Assembly (NCBI RefSeq): GCF_964355755.1
Contig: NC_092672.1
Span: forward strand, 38,570,437 to 38,634,436
Source: Antedon mediterranea
Taxonomy: Eukaryota > Animalia > Echinodermata
Reading direction: 5' to 3'
Length of the DNA: 64,000 bases
Below the pieces are notes generated by a model. That model was not told where the DNA came from. It searched no databases and saw only the letters and a program-made list of their open reading frames with translations. Shown here piece by piece: positions 24,668 to 37,841 of this stretch (position 1 is the first letter of the stretch; each line of letters begins with the position of its first letter). A program made the position numbers and the translations under genes.

Positions 24668-27600
24668 ATGGCAGCTTACGAAGATTACGAGCGGCTGAAA
24701 GCTCTAAATTCACATCCCATTTTTAACGTTTTACGAGAAAATATAAAGAATTCTGTAAATCCAGATGAATCCGAAGAACTTTTGGATGTTCGAGATGGTG
24801 ATTTGTATGTATGGGACAAAGAACATCTGCATTTACTTACAACAAATCTGAAAGGTCTCGTAGGCCCATCAGTTTACGATATGGAAACATTGAGGTATCA
24901 GGTAAGACGACGTTCACCAGGCGATGCTTCAATCGACATAACCCAGTACATATGGGCCTAGGAAATAATTGTGTTATAGTAGGCTAATAATCATTGATAA
25001 TTTACGGTCCTACTAAACACCACCAGATACCACCAGATACCAACTAGAGCAATAAATCCTACCACCAGAGAGCAGCCACCTGTTTGGAATTGATTATTAA
25101 GGCCCAAGGCAAGGGTATATTGCAAATTTCAAAGCTTAATTCTTTCAGAAACTAATAAAATTGAAGTTTAAAGTTGAATTTCTCACCGTCGTATTCCAGA
25201 ACCGAATGCGTTTGATAAACATTATAGCAACGAAACGAACGTATTCATCCGTGTCTCTTGTGTATTGTATTCAACAGTCAACTATGAGGCGCTACCGATG
25301 CTTTTTTGTTACTTTAGTCAGTCACATAAATTACACCAATCGATTGCGCGATTAGTCTTTCTTTTGACATTATGTTTTTATCATGTTTTGTATGTCAAAA
25401 TCGGTAACGATAACATAACAAATAGCATACGATACATTTTTTTTGCACATTAATTTTAATTATTTCCCTTTTTTCATCGTTTTCGTATACTCTGGGTGCT
25501 GTAGGAATTGTTATTATATTATTATTAATTCAATCTCTCTTATGGCATTAAGAGCTTGGCAATTAAATAAAAAATGTTGTATATTTTCTATTTCACCACT
25601 CTGACATATAGTGCAGTGGCCAGATATTTCTTTAGACATAAAATACACGGTAATATCAAGTTAAAACTTCTGTTTTATTTTCTCTTTCCACATTCCTATT
25701 CTATAATGAGTTTACTCTATTTTAACATACGATTACCATCACTGACAAAAGGTAGTTGGCATTAAGTTTTATGTATTTTTAATAAATGTTATAGTGTCTC
25801 TCTCTCGAAGTGCCATATAATGAGACTTTGGCGATCATGTTGTGCCACAATTCTCTGTCTATTGCCATGTTCAGCAACTCCACTTCTTTGGTATTCTCGC
25901 CTCTATTCCGAATCCACTCAGCTATGCTGGCCAACCAAGTGACTCTTTTTCTCCCCCTGCTCCTTCTTCCTTCTATTTTCCCAGTTAATGCCAAGTTCTC
26001 CAGACCTCCCTTCCTCAACACATGTCCCATGAATCTCATCTGTCTAATCCTAATATCCTTCAGTAGTTTCCTGCACATTCCAGCTCTTATCAATACATCT
26101 TCATTACTAACTCTATCTGTCCATGGAATTCTCATCATTATCCTTAGAAACCACATCTCACAGCTTTCCAATCTTTTTCTGAGGTCAGTTGTGATTGACC
26201 AGGCTTCACTTCCATACATCAGCACAGGATAGATGTAGCAGTTTAATACACGCAACCTGGTTTCCATACTCATCGCACAGTTCTTCTAGACATTCTCCAT
26301 TTCTCCAAATGCGGATTTCGCAAGGACTATCCTTCTCTTTATCTCCGTTACACACCTGGCATCATCTGTTATTTTGCGCCCAAGATAGTTAAAAGAGGAC
26401 ACCTGCTGAATTAACTGGTCTCCTGCTCGAAGGTTACACGTTGGACTCTCCTTTTTTGACACTACTAAACACTCTGTCTTACTACAATTTATAGACAGAC
26501 CCATCTTTTCGCTCTCTACAACCACATCCTGCAACCTTTGGACATCTTCAGCTGACTCTGCCAGTAGAGCAGAGTCAGCTGCATATTATTGTTATAGTGT
26601 ACAGAAATGAATTTCTGATTTTAATTGACCAAATGAATTCATCGGTAGCGCCTCATAGTTGACCGTTGAATACAATACACAAGAGACACGGATGAATGCG
26701 TTTGTTTCGTCGCTATAATGTTTATCAAACGCATTCGGTTCTGGAATACGACGGCGAGAAATTCAACTTTAAACTTCAATTTTATCAGTTTCTGAAAGAA
26801 TTAAGCTTTGAAATTTGCAATATACCCTTAATAATCAATTCCAAACAGGTGGTTGCTCTCTGGTGGTAGGAGTTATCGCTCTAGTATGTATCTGGTGGTA
26901 TCTGGTGGTGTTTAGTAGGACCCGATAATTTAAATATTTCCATACCAAAAAGAAAATATAAAGCGACATATGATAAAATATTTACAATTTTTTTTTATTG
27001 TTTTTCTTATTTTAGACATAATAATAATAGTAGGTCATACGTAAATTTGTCTAGATACTACTGACTGCACTGTATAATATTAATTATAAGTCTTGGCCGT
27101 TCTTGCTAGGCTAGGGCTATGGTTTTTAGGGAGTGTCACTGTAATGCGTAATTCATAATTTTCTCACCTTTTTTTTCATCCAAAAAAGTCTTTTTTACTA
27201 TGTATGTCTAGCTATTTTTGTTTAATAATATGATTGTTGCTGTTTTATTATACAAATTTTTTCTTTTATAGACTTTACTTTGTACAAATGCACCACTTTT
27301 TAAAATAGAAAGTGTGTCTCTGAATGATACCAATGAATATGTTATGCTCTACGGTCAAAAGGGCCTAACACTGTTAGCGTTGCCCCGACGATATGGTAAA
27401 AACACAGAATTTGAAGGTGGAAAAAGAATAATTAACTGCAGGTTTGTACTGTATATAATTTGTCTTTAATAATGAAATCTTCTTGTTTTACTCAACTGAC
27501 CTTGTTGCTGCTTGTTGTAAGTCTACTCTTTTCGCAGCTGACCTTGTTGCTGCTTGTTGTAAGTCTACTCTTTTCACAGCTGACCTTTTTGCTGCTTGTT

Positions 27601-30600
27601 GTAAGTCTACTCTTTTCGCAGCTGACCTTGTTGCTGCTTGTTGTAAGTCTACTCTTTTTGCAGCTGACCTTTTTGCTGCTTGTTGTAAGTCTACTCTTTT
27701 CGCAGCTGACCTTGTTGCTGCATGTTGTAAGTCTACTCTTTTCGCAGCTGAGCCTCTTGCTGCAACTCCTGATTAATCTTACCTCATTTTTCTTATTTAC
27801 TAAATTGTGTTGGTTTTTTTTTTTGGCAGGTGGGGGATAAGAATAAAACAATTCAACAACTCTTAATCTTACCTCATTTTTCTTATTTACTATATTGTTT
27901 TAAACATAAAATATTTTGGTGGGGGCGGTGGGGAAGAATAAAACTATTCAGCAGCACTTACTGTACTAGTTTGATTGAATGAACAAAGTTGTTTTACTTT
28001 TTTTTGTTATACTTTTTAATTAAATTATAGAACAATCATGATTGCTGAACGAATGTTTATGAGTAACCCATCACTGAAGCTCCTAGAAGCCAAATGGCAT
28101 CCTGGGGATGACGCACACATCTCAATTCTGACATCAGACAATATTTTGAGGTAATTTATCAAAGCTAATTTTTTAATTTGTGATTTTTAGTTAAAACTTA
28201 TATACTCCACTCATTGTCATTTTTACTTTAATTATAATTGCTTTGGCGAAATACTCAAGGTGATTGATTACTTTATTTCCCTTAGAATATTTGACATCAA
28301 TGTGCCTCAGAGACCAGTACAAACTCACTATCTAAGTGAGGATCCAAGTTCGTGCTTGATGTCTGACAGTTCAACATCTTTCCAAGCTGCACTTGGAGAG
28401 GTCGCCATTTCTTTTGCATTTGGCCCTTCGCAGAAAGTGTCCACACGCCGACAAGGTCATCCAAGTGTTGTACATCCGTTTTATATATTGAAGGGTAATG
28501 GAGATGTATATCTTTTAATGAACAGTTTAAAAGATAAAAGGTCTGTACATTTGTATTTCATTGTCAATAAAGTATCATATTATGTAAAGACAAGAAAATA
28601 CTTTGAAACCAATTATTTTGTGCATAAAAGGTGTGTACATTTGTATTTAGTTGTCAAAAATTTATCATGACAAGAAAATACTTGAAACTATGTTACAAAG
28701 AAATCAAATTTCTGTGAAAACAATTATTTTGTGAATAATTTTAGAATTATAAAAAGGAAAAAACACAGAAAAATGAGTTTCCATTGGGTTCTTAAAAATA
28801 ATATGATATATAATCTTTTGTTGTTTAGATACGTTAGGACCAAGTTACAAGGCCCATTGGCGATGTACCCCCCTGCTGAAGATAACTATGGGTTAGATGC
28901 ATGTGCTCTGCTCTGCCTGTCTACCAACCCATTAGTGCTCGTTGTTGGTACATCATCTGGTCATCTCCACCACTGCCTTGTCTTGACAACAGAAGATGAT
29001 TATGAAGAAAATGTGGTTAGTATTTCATATGCATACAACAGCGATAAACTCTTAAGTTAGACTGCATAGACCATCAATATGCTTATAATGGAAGTCTTGT
29101 TTGAGAGTGGAGTAAAATTATTTTTGAGTTACAACCAGGTCAGGATTGAAACCTGGACCTTGGGATTGGAAGACAAGCATGTTAATCATCAAGCTACAGC
29201 TTAACTTCTATTTTTACATGTAGAAGGAGACAGTTTAAAATCATCATACCTCATTAACATTTACTTGCTTTTAAATAATTTCTAATCTTGTTTTTTATTT
29301 TTATAGTCCATTACTTCTAGCAGTTTATCGACGCAAACATCAGGTTGCGAATCGTCCTTGTATGTATATGAAACTATTGAATTGCCGATGTGTGCCGTTG
29401 TTACTGATGATTTTGATGAAGACATTCCGCACCCTGTTCGCCTTTACCTAGGTTTGTGGTATAATAATAATAAAAACTTTATTTAATCACGGTAACAATT
29501 TTTCGTTTTTCCACAATGCTGTAAGACACAACTGCTAAAAACAAAATAATTGGAGCATAATCTGTATTCAGGATTTTGAATAACATTTTTAGAACATAGT
29601 TTTTGTTTTCATATTACCATTTAGATGCTACAAGTGTGTCACGTTACTACTGTACACACAGTGCAGGGGTACACTCGATATCTCTTCCATGGGCTAAGAA
29701 ACTCCAACGATTTTGCACTCAAGGTAAGATGACAGAAACTATTTTAAAACTAATTATTAAAAGTTTAACTGTGTGCATTATACAGAAATAGTGGTCACAT
29801 TGGCAACCATTGCCATAATCCTGGCTAATGATTATAATAATATCAAACATTTATAAAGCACTCTTTACCGGAGTCTCACAGTGCAATATGAAAAGAATGA
29901 ATATTAAAATAGGAAAATTTTCAGGAGAGATTTCAATTGATATGTACTGGCTTATGATAAGAATGTTAATAATTATGTTGGTTATTATATACAAAGGAGA
30001 TAGTGATGGTGATATGTTGCTGGCATTGCGTGAAGACCAGCCTTGTAGGATAGAACACCTTGTGTGCACTCAACCTGTTTCAACATGGTTAGTAATAATA
30101 TAGTCTTCATTCAATGTTAGGACCAATCAAGCTTTAAACAGTCCTGGCTTAGTTTCATCCATCATTCAGATGAACGTAAAACTAATTGACATTGTCGTTC
30201 ACGACAGACGTCGGCCATAACAATTTTTAAAAAGTCTTTATTCCCACTAAAACATTTTAGATGAATTTGCTTTGAGTAGGAAGCTTGTAACATATTTATT
30301 TCATTTTCAGCCCACCTTCACCAATCCTTGGCTTGGCTGTTATTGCAGACCAGTTACTAGGCAACAGTCTTTTGTGTCTGACCTCTAGCTATGAATGCCT
30401 TTCACTTCCTGTTCCGTGAGTAACTTAATTATTTTTAAATAAACTATTCCCAACTTTGTGTGGATTATGTCAGTACAAAATGCACTTATTATTAAAGAAA
30501 TTGAAATAAATTTGATGTGCCCATGATGATGTCATATCACTACCATATTTGGGCATATAACTACCATATTTGGGTACATCACACTTTTTTAATAGACAGA

Positions 30601-33600
30601 GCTTAAGAGCATACGTATGCAAAATTGTTTGGTGATAACCTCAGTGAACCGGTTCTTACTAACAGCTATTAAGCATTTTTTGTTTTAACCAGAGCTTGAG
30701 AATCATTCTTGTTTTTTTTTTAGACATGAAGAATATGAGCCTCCGCCTGATTTAATTTCTGAAAGTGAAATGTCAAGGGCTGCTAATAAACGATCAGACT
30801 CACAACCTTTTCAGAATAACATAAAGCGACTATTAAACCGCAGCTCAACAAACCCAATACTAAGGTAGCTAGATCATTTTCATAGTCATAAGAATCCTAG
30901 AATTGATTGAAAAATATCATGGATGGGGAAAGAAAAGAGAAAAAATGCCATTGAGTATTTCATTTTTTTTTTAGGTCAAGTAACAAAGTAAAACTAAGTC
31001 CAAATGAATGCTTTATGCTTCTAGGGCAAGCAACTAAAACTTTACGGGAAGAATACATCTTGAAACAGGACTTAGCCAGAGAAGCAATTGAAAGGCGGTG
31101 AGAACAGTTTATAAATTATCATCATAATCGGGAGGGTAAAATACGGGAATTAGATTGTAAAAAGTTGTATTAGAGCTGTAAGTTGGTGGTTAACATGCTT
31201 GCCTTCCAATCCCAAGGTCCTAGGTTCAATTTTGACCTAATGGTATGGTTATAACTCACGACTCTTTCGACTCCACTCCCTAAGCCTTAATTGAGACTTA
31301 GTTTATAAGCACGATAAATTATAAAATAGTTTATCCATCCTGTAATTGGTGAGTTAGTTACTGTTGGATGCAGTACAAAACAAAAAGGGCAAAATAAAAC
31401 ACAGAAATTTTAATTCTTTTTCTGTGCCTCATCACCTTAATTGTTAATTTTTTGTTTATAGAGTAAAAATATTAAAAGAGCAGAAGCAGCAGCAACTGAA
31501 TGATTTGAAAGAGTGTGATAATTTAAAAGAAACACTTGGAGCTAAAGCAGAGGAGCTGGCTGACAAGTATGAAAACACCAAAGATAAGCAGTATAAGATT
31601 ATATCACGTGTGGGTACCCTCCTAAGACTTCTCCAGAATTGTGTACCGGTGCTTTCTGATGCCGAACAAAGCATGAGCAAAGAACTCGCAACTATGGATG
31701 AGAAACTAAAACATTTATCAAATTCGGTAGAACATGTAAGTTGATAAGATAACCTCCAATCCCTAGATCTTGGTTCAAATTCACACTCACGTCATATTGC
31801 GAATTTTGGACAAAAAGTGTTTTGAGAGCGCTTTTGATTTAAACATTAGCGCGAGCCTATCTTTACCGCTGAGAATTGTATTGAGAAACCCGAAGACTTC
31901 ACGCGAGCGAGACGAACTGACTAAGAACATTATTACTATAGATTTTCACTTCATACACGCTTATTATTGAACAATAGTTAGTATAAATATCTGCTAGTTA
32001 ATTAGAGACATTCGATGTTACTAAGAATACTAAAGAAATTACTTATAATACAAATTTAAAAGATTTATAACGATTCTAGTTTAGGTAACATTCGCCCATT
32101 AACAATGAAAACAAACAAATCCTGCGTAGGAAATCGCGGAACTCTAAAAACTTTGTTTTAATATCACGCTAAAATTGTTTCCGAATTTTTAAATACATAT
32201 TTGTAAATATTATGTTAAATTTCAATATCTTTACTTTTAATCCTCAAAAAATCAAAATGTTGATATTTTTTAAAAGAATTTTATGATCATTTGAAATCGG
32301 GTATATTTACTATCGATCGCGCTCCGCCGGTGCCCGAGTAGGTGTGTACGCGTCGCTTTTGCAGGCTCTATTCCCAGTAGCGAGTTTCGGTCGCGCTAAC
32401 ATAAGCAATGTTTTCTACATTTACATGCATTAGGGGTAAATTATGTTTAATTGTTTTTACCGCATAACAAAATTCCCAAATTTATTTCTTTTCTTGCCTA
32501 ACCGTTTCTGTCACCCTAAAATCAAATGCTTTAACTGCATAATTTTAAGCGACAATAACATACAAATAGGCCTACTATAATTTGATCACTTCTGCGCAAT
32601 ACTTTAAAGTTGTTGTATACAATTATTTTAAGAATATAAATAAAAACACACAGAAACTAATAAAATGGCAACTAATTGAAAAGTCAAACTCATTTATTTC
32701 ATCAATTAAATATTTGAAAAAAATCAAATCAAGTAAGATACTGCTGTGTAGGCCTTAAATATGATTACTGTATTTTTTTAGTTTTAATTTGTATAATGGC
32801 CTAGGCCTAATAATAGTACTAACAACATGTTTATTTCTAAAGGCAAGAATAACAAACAGCTTTATTTATTTACCTTCAATATTAAATCTATGAGAAACCT
32901 CAATTATGAGAATCATTTAAATTTCTGTCACCGTACATTTCATTATAATGAAAACCTTTAATTTAAAAGACATTTAATTAATAAGAGCTGGTCAAATTTT
33001 TTTTAATGTCAACATGCTGTCCATAAATAGCCGCTTTCGAGTGATGCAAATGTTTTCTGGAGTCAGATCCTATAAAAAATATAGAAATATAAAAAGTATG
33101 TTAATTTAAATATGTATTTGAAAGGTGGGCTAGAGGTATAGGCCTACTGCATGATAAATTAGGCTGAAAAACCTAGCATGTGGTCCTAGGCCTACTACAA
33201 GGCCTAGCTTGATGTTTTAAATCCCATAAAACGTTTGAATTTAATACAAGTACAAAATCTAATTTATATAGAGTTGTAACGTGTGGTACATTCAGTACAT
33301 TAATTAAAATAAATGAGAATGGGGCCTAATATTAATAAATAAACATGTAAAAAAATTGGCCTAAACGACTACGTGTGTATCTTATACGCATTGATTAACA
33401 CGCAGTACGCGTTGGACCATCAAGGCTAGGCCCAGCTTCGCACAAACCACCGTTATACATGTGATTTGTTTACCTATTTCAATCGCCATTTAAAAAATAC
33501 CTGAAAATATCAACATGCCCATTTTTTGTCAAACGAATATTTACATTACATAGTAACTTTTTATTTAGTCACTCGTTTACTCAAAAATTGAGGAATTTTT

Positions 33601-36477
33601 TTATGGTCTCGTAAAAATGTACAATATTATTATTGATAAAAACCGTATAAAATCTAACAAAAAGAAGAGCAAATTCAATGATTACCTGACACGATCATAA
33701 CTGCTATCCTGTTCCAAAAACCAAGTCACGTGCTTCTTCAACCCTTGCTTTAATTATTCTCATGAATTATTCATAAGGAACTATAATTTAAGGCTTTCAA
33801 TTGGTTAAAAGAGTTAACCCTATTAAAATTTTAAATTCACATCATTTCCGGGTGATGTTGTCGCGCTTCGATGAATCTCAGAAATCACAAATGACCGCTA
33901 GAGGGCTCACTACTTTTTGTCTAGTCTAAATGAATGTGAATTAAATTATTAAGTCAGTTTTCTCACTCATTTTGAAACCTAGCGTATGCGTCTACTTAGT
34001 CTGGGTTCCAGACGGAGTTTTGTCTTAATATTAGTAAAAAGATAAATATTTTGGCACATATGGCGTTTCATACGTATACTACTTGAATTGGATACTCCGT
34101 CTGGGGAAACACGCACAAGTCACGTGGTTTGACACCAAGAATTCTTGGTGCATACGATTATCCGGTTGACTAGTTTCAGCTGCATGCGATTGGCTACTCA
34201 CTCGTACACTGTTTTAATATTCATATTTCAGAATTTCAAAGACTCAACAACTAAGATGATGCGCATGCGCTATGTTACGTTTAGACAATGTGTACTTGGG
34301 TACATTAATGAAAGTTTCTGAAGGCTAGAAATTATTTTATATGCCTAGTAGTCTGGTAAACATTTGATGGGATTTTTCTCAAGAACATGAAAACTCGTGA
34401 TATGATAGGCTAGCTTCTCCGCAAAGCAAACATTGAATGGATCATTTATTACGCGGAGATAATTTTGATCTAATTTCCACCCAGACCCTGTCCTGTTCTG
34501 TGTGGTGGTGTAGCCCTGTTGTTGTGTGCCTTCGGTGGTGGTATTTAGGCCTACTTTATTGGCGTTTTATTTGGCAGGTCATACGTGCGAATTGAGTAGG
34601 ACCTACGAAAGAGGCCTAGACCAAGGACTAAAAAATTAATAAACAAAACAACTTGGCATTACGATTTTATATTTCAACAGTCTCGATCGTACATTCAGCA
34701 CTGTACGTACTCGATCTTTTTCATTTTGAAACAAAATGATCATTGGTTGATTCGAAATCCATATTTACATACCTCCCGCCCCATATAGCCAAATACGGTA
34801 TGATAAACTACGTCATTCTTATCGGATGTTTGCGGTCTGCAAATCGATTTCTATACGTGTTTCACAAGTCTGTATTTTCAGACAAAAATCGCGGTCGAAA
34901 TAAAAACAAATAAATAAAAAAAAAAAAGATAATACAGACTTGGGGCAAGTCTAGCGTCTACTGTACACTAGATATTTTAACCAAAAAAAATAAATAAATT
35001 GAAAATGATAAATTTGCTGTAATTGTAAAAGGTACAGTAAGAATTGACCTGCTCAGTATAACAATACTTACTGTAAGACAAACCTTAAAGTCTACAGCAT
35101 TTTTGCTGTTTAACACATTGACTGCCAAGGCATTTTCCGTAATTTCTGTCCCAGTGCCAAGTCCCGTTTACATATTAAATTACAGTTTGAAAGTGTAACA
35201 TCTGGTCACGGACTATCATGATGGGGTCAATATCTGACCCCCATCCTCTGACCCACCCTATCATCGAGAGATAAAAACAGTAAACCACACTGAATCATTT
35301 CATCCTTTATTATTTTTATTTACTATTAGCGCAATTTATGACAGGTTTGAGATGATTATATTGAGTGTGAGGGCGCCATCGTATCAACCATATTCAATGC
35401 ATGAGGGAATAAACACAAACAAACATATGACATTTATTTTTAGATTATCGTTTACGTACATCATTCATAAACTGCCATGCGATAATTCCTGTTCCAATCA
35501 CCACTGCCAGCGATTCTACATACAATACAAAAGTGCTACGATTTTGACGTATTACGTCTTGGCAAGTAGCGACACGCAATTTTTGACGTATAAATACGCC
35601 GTGGCAGTGAACGTGTTAATATGCTTGATACAAGTACAGTAGTTAGAAATCTTAGAGGATTGGATAGCACTCACTCAATTTTATCTCAAAACGTACTCAA
35701 ATGCAGTAAATATTAATTTTGTAATCCAATTTTTTAAGGTGACAATTTGCATGATAACGCCTGTGATAATATTATCATTAATAATGACCAAATAGAACTA
35801 CTTTAGATTTTACAGGTAAACAAGTTTCATAAGTTTCACTGTAAAGAAAAGCTCTTAAATTGTTTTGCAACAGTATACTCTACAAAGAGATATATACCTT
35901 ACCATAGAAAGACGTATAGAGAAAGAGATAAGAAAGGTCTATTCTTAGAGATGTTAAATGTAGAATCAATTAGCACAGCCTGTGTATTACTCTACCAAAC
36001 TCCTTCTTAGAGATGTTGAATGTAGAATCATTTACCAAACTCCTTACTAATTTACAACACTTACATTTTCATTAACCAAAACATTTTCTTTTCAAATAAA
36101 TCATTTAGGTGAAGTTAAAGGATAGCTATCAACAAAGAAACCTGAACCGGAATAAGCAACAAGCATCACATCCTACCCTTAATCAAACTCAGACACAAAA
36201 ATTAAAAAGTCTTCTCAGAGAAGAGTAAGTCAGTTTTTAGTAAATGTTCTTGCTGGTACTTTATTATTATACTATATATGTAGATCTAGCATATTTCTTA
36301 ATGTAAATTGTTGTATGTGGTCACTTTAATTTATTATCCGAAAAAAAAAGAAATTTGTACAATTAATTTTGTGTATTAAGTAGATGTATGAAATTCATAT
36401 TTTTACTATTTTCTTTTAGGGGAGAAAACATAGCAGGTTTGGTAAACGAAGTAAAAGATATTTCTATGCATATATGA
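24668..36477 (+). CDS. NUP88: Nuclear pore complex protein Nup88 (multi-exon)
   Basis: [76 protein letters not shown] and C-terminal [16 protein letters not shown]. Confidence 0.94.
25005..26923. mobile_element. Mutator/MULE-like foldback element with ~295-bp TIRs
   Basis: 25005-25300 is the near-perfect inverted repeat of 26640-26923. 9-bp TSD GATAATTTA (24996-25004, 26924-26932). Confidence 0.85.
25798..26589 (-). mobile_element. 5'-truncated RTE LINE nested in the MULE-like element
   Basis: ORFs with [22 protein letters not shown] and [11 protein letters not shown]...DRELW, a (GA)n tail, and an 11-bp TSD TGTTATAGTGT (25787-25797, 26590-26600). Confidence 0.9.
27493..27763. repeat. 42-bp minisatellite, ~6.5 copies
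   Basis: Unit CAGCTGACCTTGTTGCTGCTTGTTGTAAGTCTACTCTTTTCG in NUP88 intron 2. Confidence 0.95.
29080..29202 (-). mobile_element. tRNA-derived SINE fragment
   Basis: Reverse complement matches the copy at 31172 (TTAACATGCTTG.CTTCCAATCCCAAGGTCC). Confidence 0.6.
31172..31310 (+). mobile_element. tRNA-derived SINE fragment
   Basis: A-box-like TTGGTGG, TTCCAA anticodon-like loop and B-box-like GGTTCAAT, followed by non-tRNA body sequence. Confidence 0.6.
33997..34953. mobile_element. AcademH-like non-autonomous DNA transposon
   Basis: TAG...CTA termini and a perfect 9-bp TSD GCGTCTACT (33988-33996, 34954-34962). Each end has its own internal inverted repeat. Confidence 0.65.
35114..35615. mobile_element. 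piggyBac-like non-autonomous element
   Basis: TTAA TSDs (35110-35113, 35616-35619) and TIR CACATTGACTGCCA / TGGCAGTGAACGTG. Confidence 0.75.
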
Positions 36478-37220
36478 ATGATCCACTACACAACACAATC
36501 AACCTATACTAACATGGGTTGACTGTCGATACCATGAAGGGGAGCAATCGATTATGTGGTCGGTCGTTGTCTCGACCTAGAATCCACCAAAACTATGTCA
36601 CAGAATCAAGTGAGGAAGCACATACCATATGTCACTGCATGGACAAGACAGCATAACTAGTTCCTCTTAACATGACAAATGTCACGTGTATAGTGGACAA
36701 CATGTAAGGGACTAATATCATTGTTAAGTTCAATCTTACATCTAGTGCTAGAATAGCTACATTGGATTCTACAGTATTTCAATAGAATATACTAATATGT
36801 ACAAAGAAGTACTGTACAATTAATGGTGCTGAGCTATGAAGACCTAAAGCTCTGTCTACACTATCAAACTAGTGTGATGTGCCCAAACATGGTAGTGGTA
36901 TGAATGCTTAAATATGGTAGTCATGTCAATATATGGGCACATCACATTTTTTGTCACATGAAGATTTCACAGAGCTTTAACATGGTGACACATTTCACCT
37001 TTTTATAGTGGACAACAATAGCTATATTGGATTTTACAGTATTTAAACAGAATAAAGTAATGTACAAAGTGCTACTGTACAATTAATGTTGCTGAGCTGT
37101 GAAGATTAAACAGTATGAAATACGTTTTTATAATAATGTAATACAATTTTGTAAATAAAAAAACGGCAGATTTTATGACTATTTTTATTTCTATGTGTAA
37201 TCAACATCAGTATCCATAAA

Positions 37221-37356
37221 CAATGGACATTCATGTAAAATGATAATGGACATTCACATTCATGTAAAATGATAATGGGCATTCACATTCATGTAAAATG
37301 AGAATGGACATTCACATTCACGTAAAATGAGAATGGACATTCACATTCATGTAAAA
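37221..37356. repeat. ~29-bp minisatellite, ~4.5 copies
   Basis: Unit AATGGACATTCACATTCATGTAAAATGA(T/G). Confidence 0.9.
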
Positions 37357-37841
37357 CGTTCCTACTACAATCCCATACATTTAACATTTCATGCACCTTG
37401 GTTTAATATATACAATAATAAAAGACTTCAATACTAATAACTATCTATGATCAACATTTCCTATAAAAGGTTTTGACAGATAAGTATACACATATACTGC
37501 AATATAGTTTTCATATAGGTGTTCTTTCTATCTAATACACACTTGCAGAACCAGGTGGTATACTGTACATTGAATAATTTGCTTACAACAAGACGTTCTT
37601 TGTGTACAGCAGGTAACTAAAAGCTAAAATGGAACTAAAAAAGCACCAAATATGTTATTCTTAATATCTATAATTACAATACTGTATGACTTGATATTTT
37701 AAATCAGTTTTTAGTTTAAAAAATCTTGTTTCCAATCAGTTGGTTAATGTACGTTTGTCATATCTCCATGGTCTTTTATTGAATGGCACACAAGTAATGA
37801 ACCAAATCATACTATTATACATAAACAAGTCTGCTTGCCAT

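Noticed and set aside
27460-27851. Three overlapping repetitive ORFs (Leu-rich, [15 protein letters not shown])
   Set aside because: By-products of a 42-bp stop-poor minisatellite inside a NUP88 intron.
31172-31240. Possible tRNA-Gly(TCC)
   Set aside because: Degenerate B box and stems, and it shares downstream body sequence with the inverted copy at 29080-29202, so it is a SINE.
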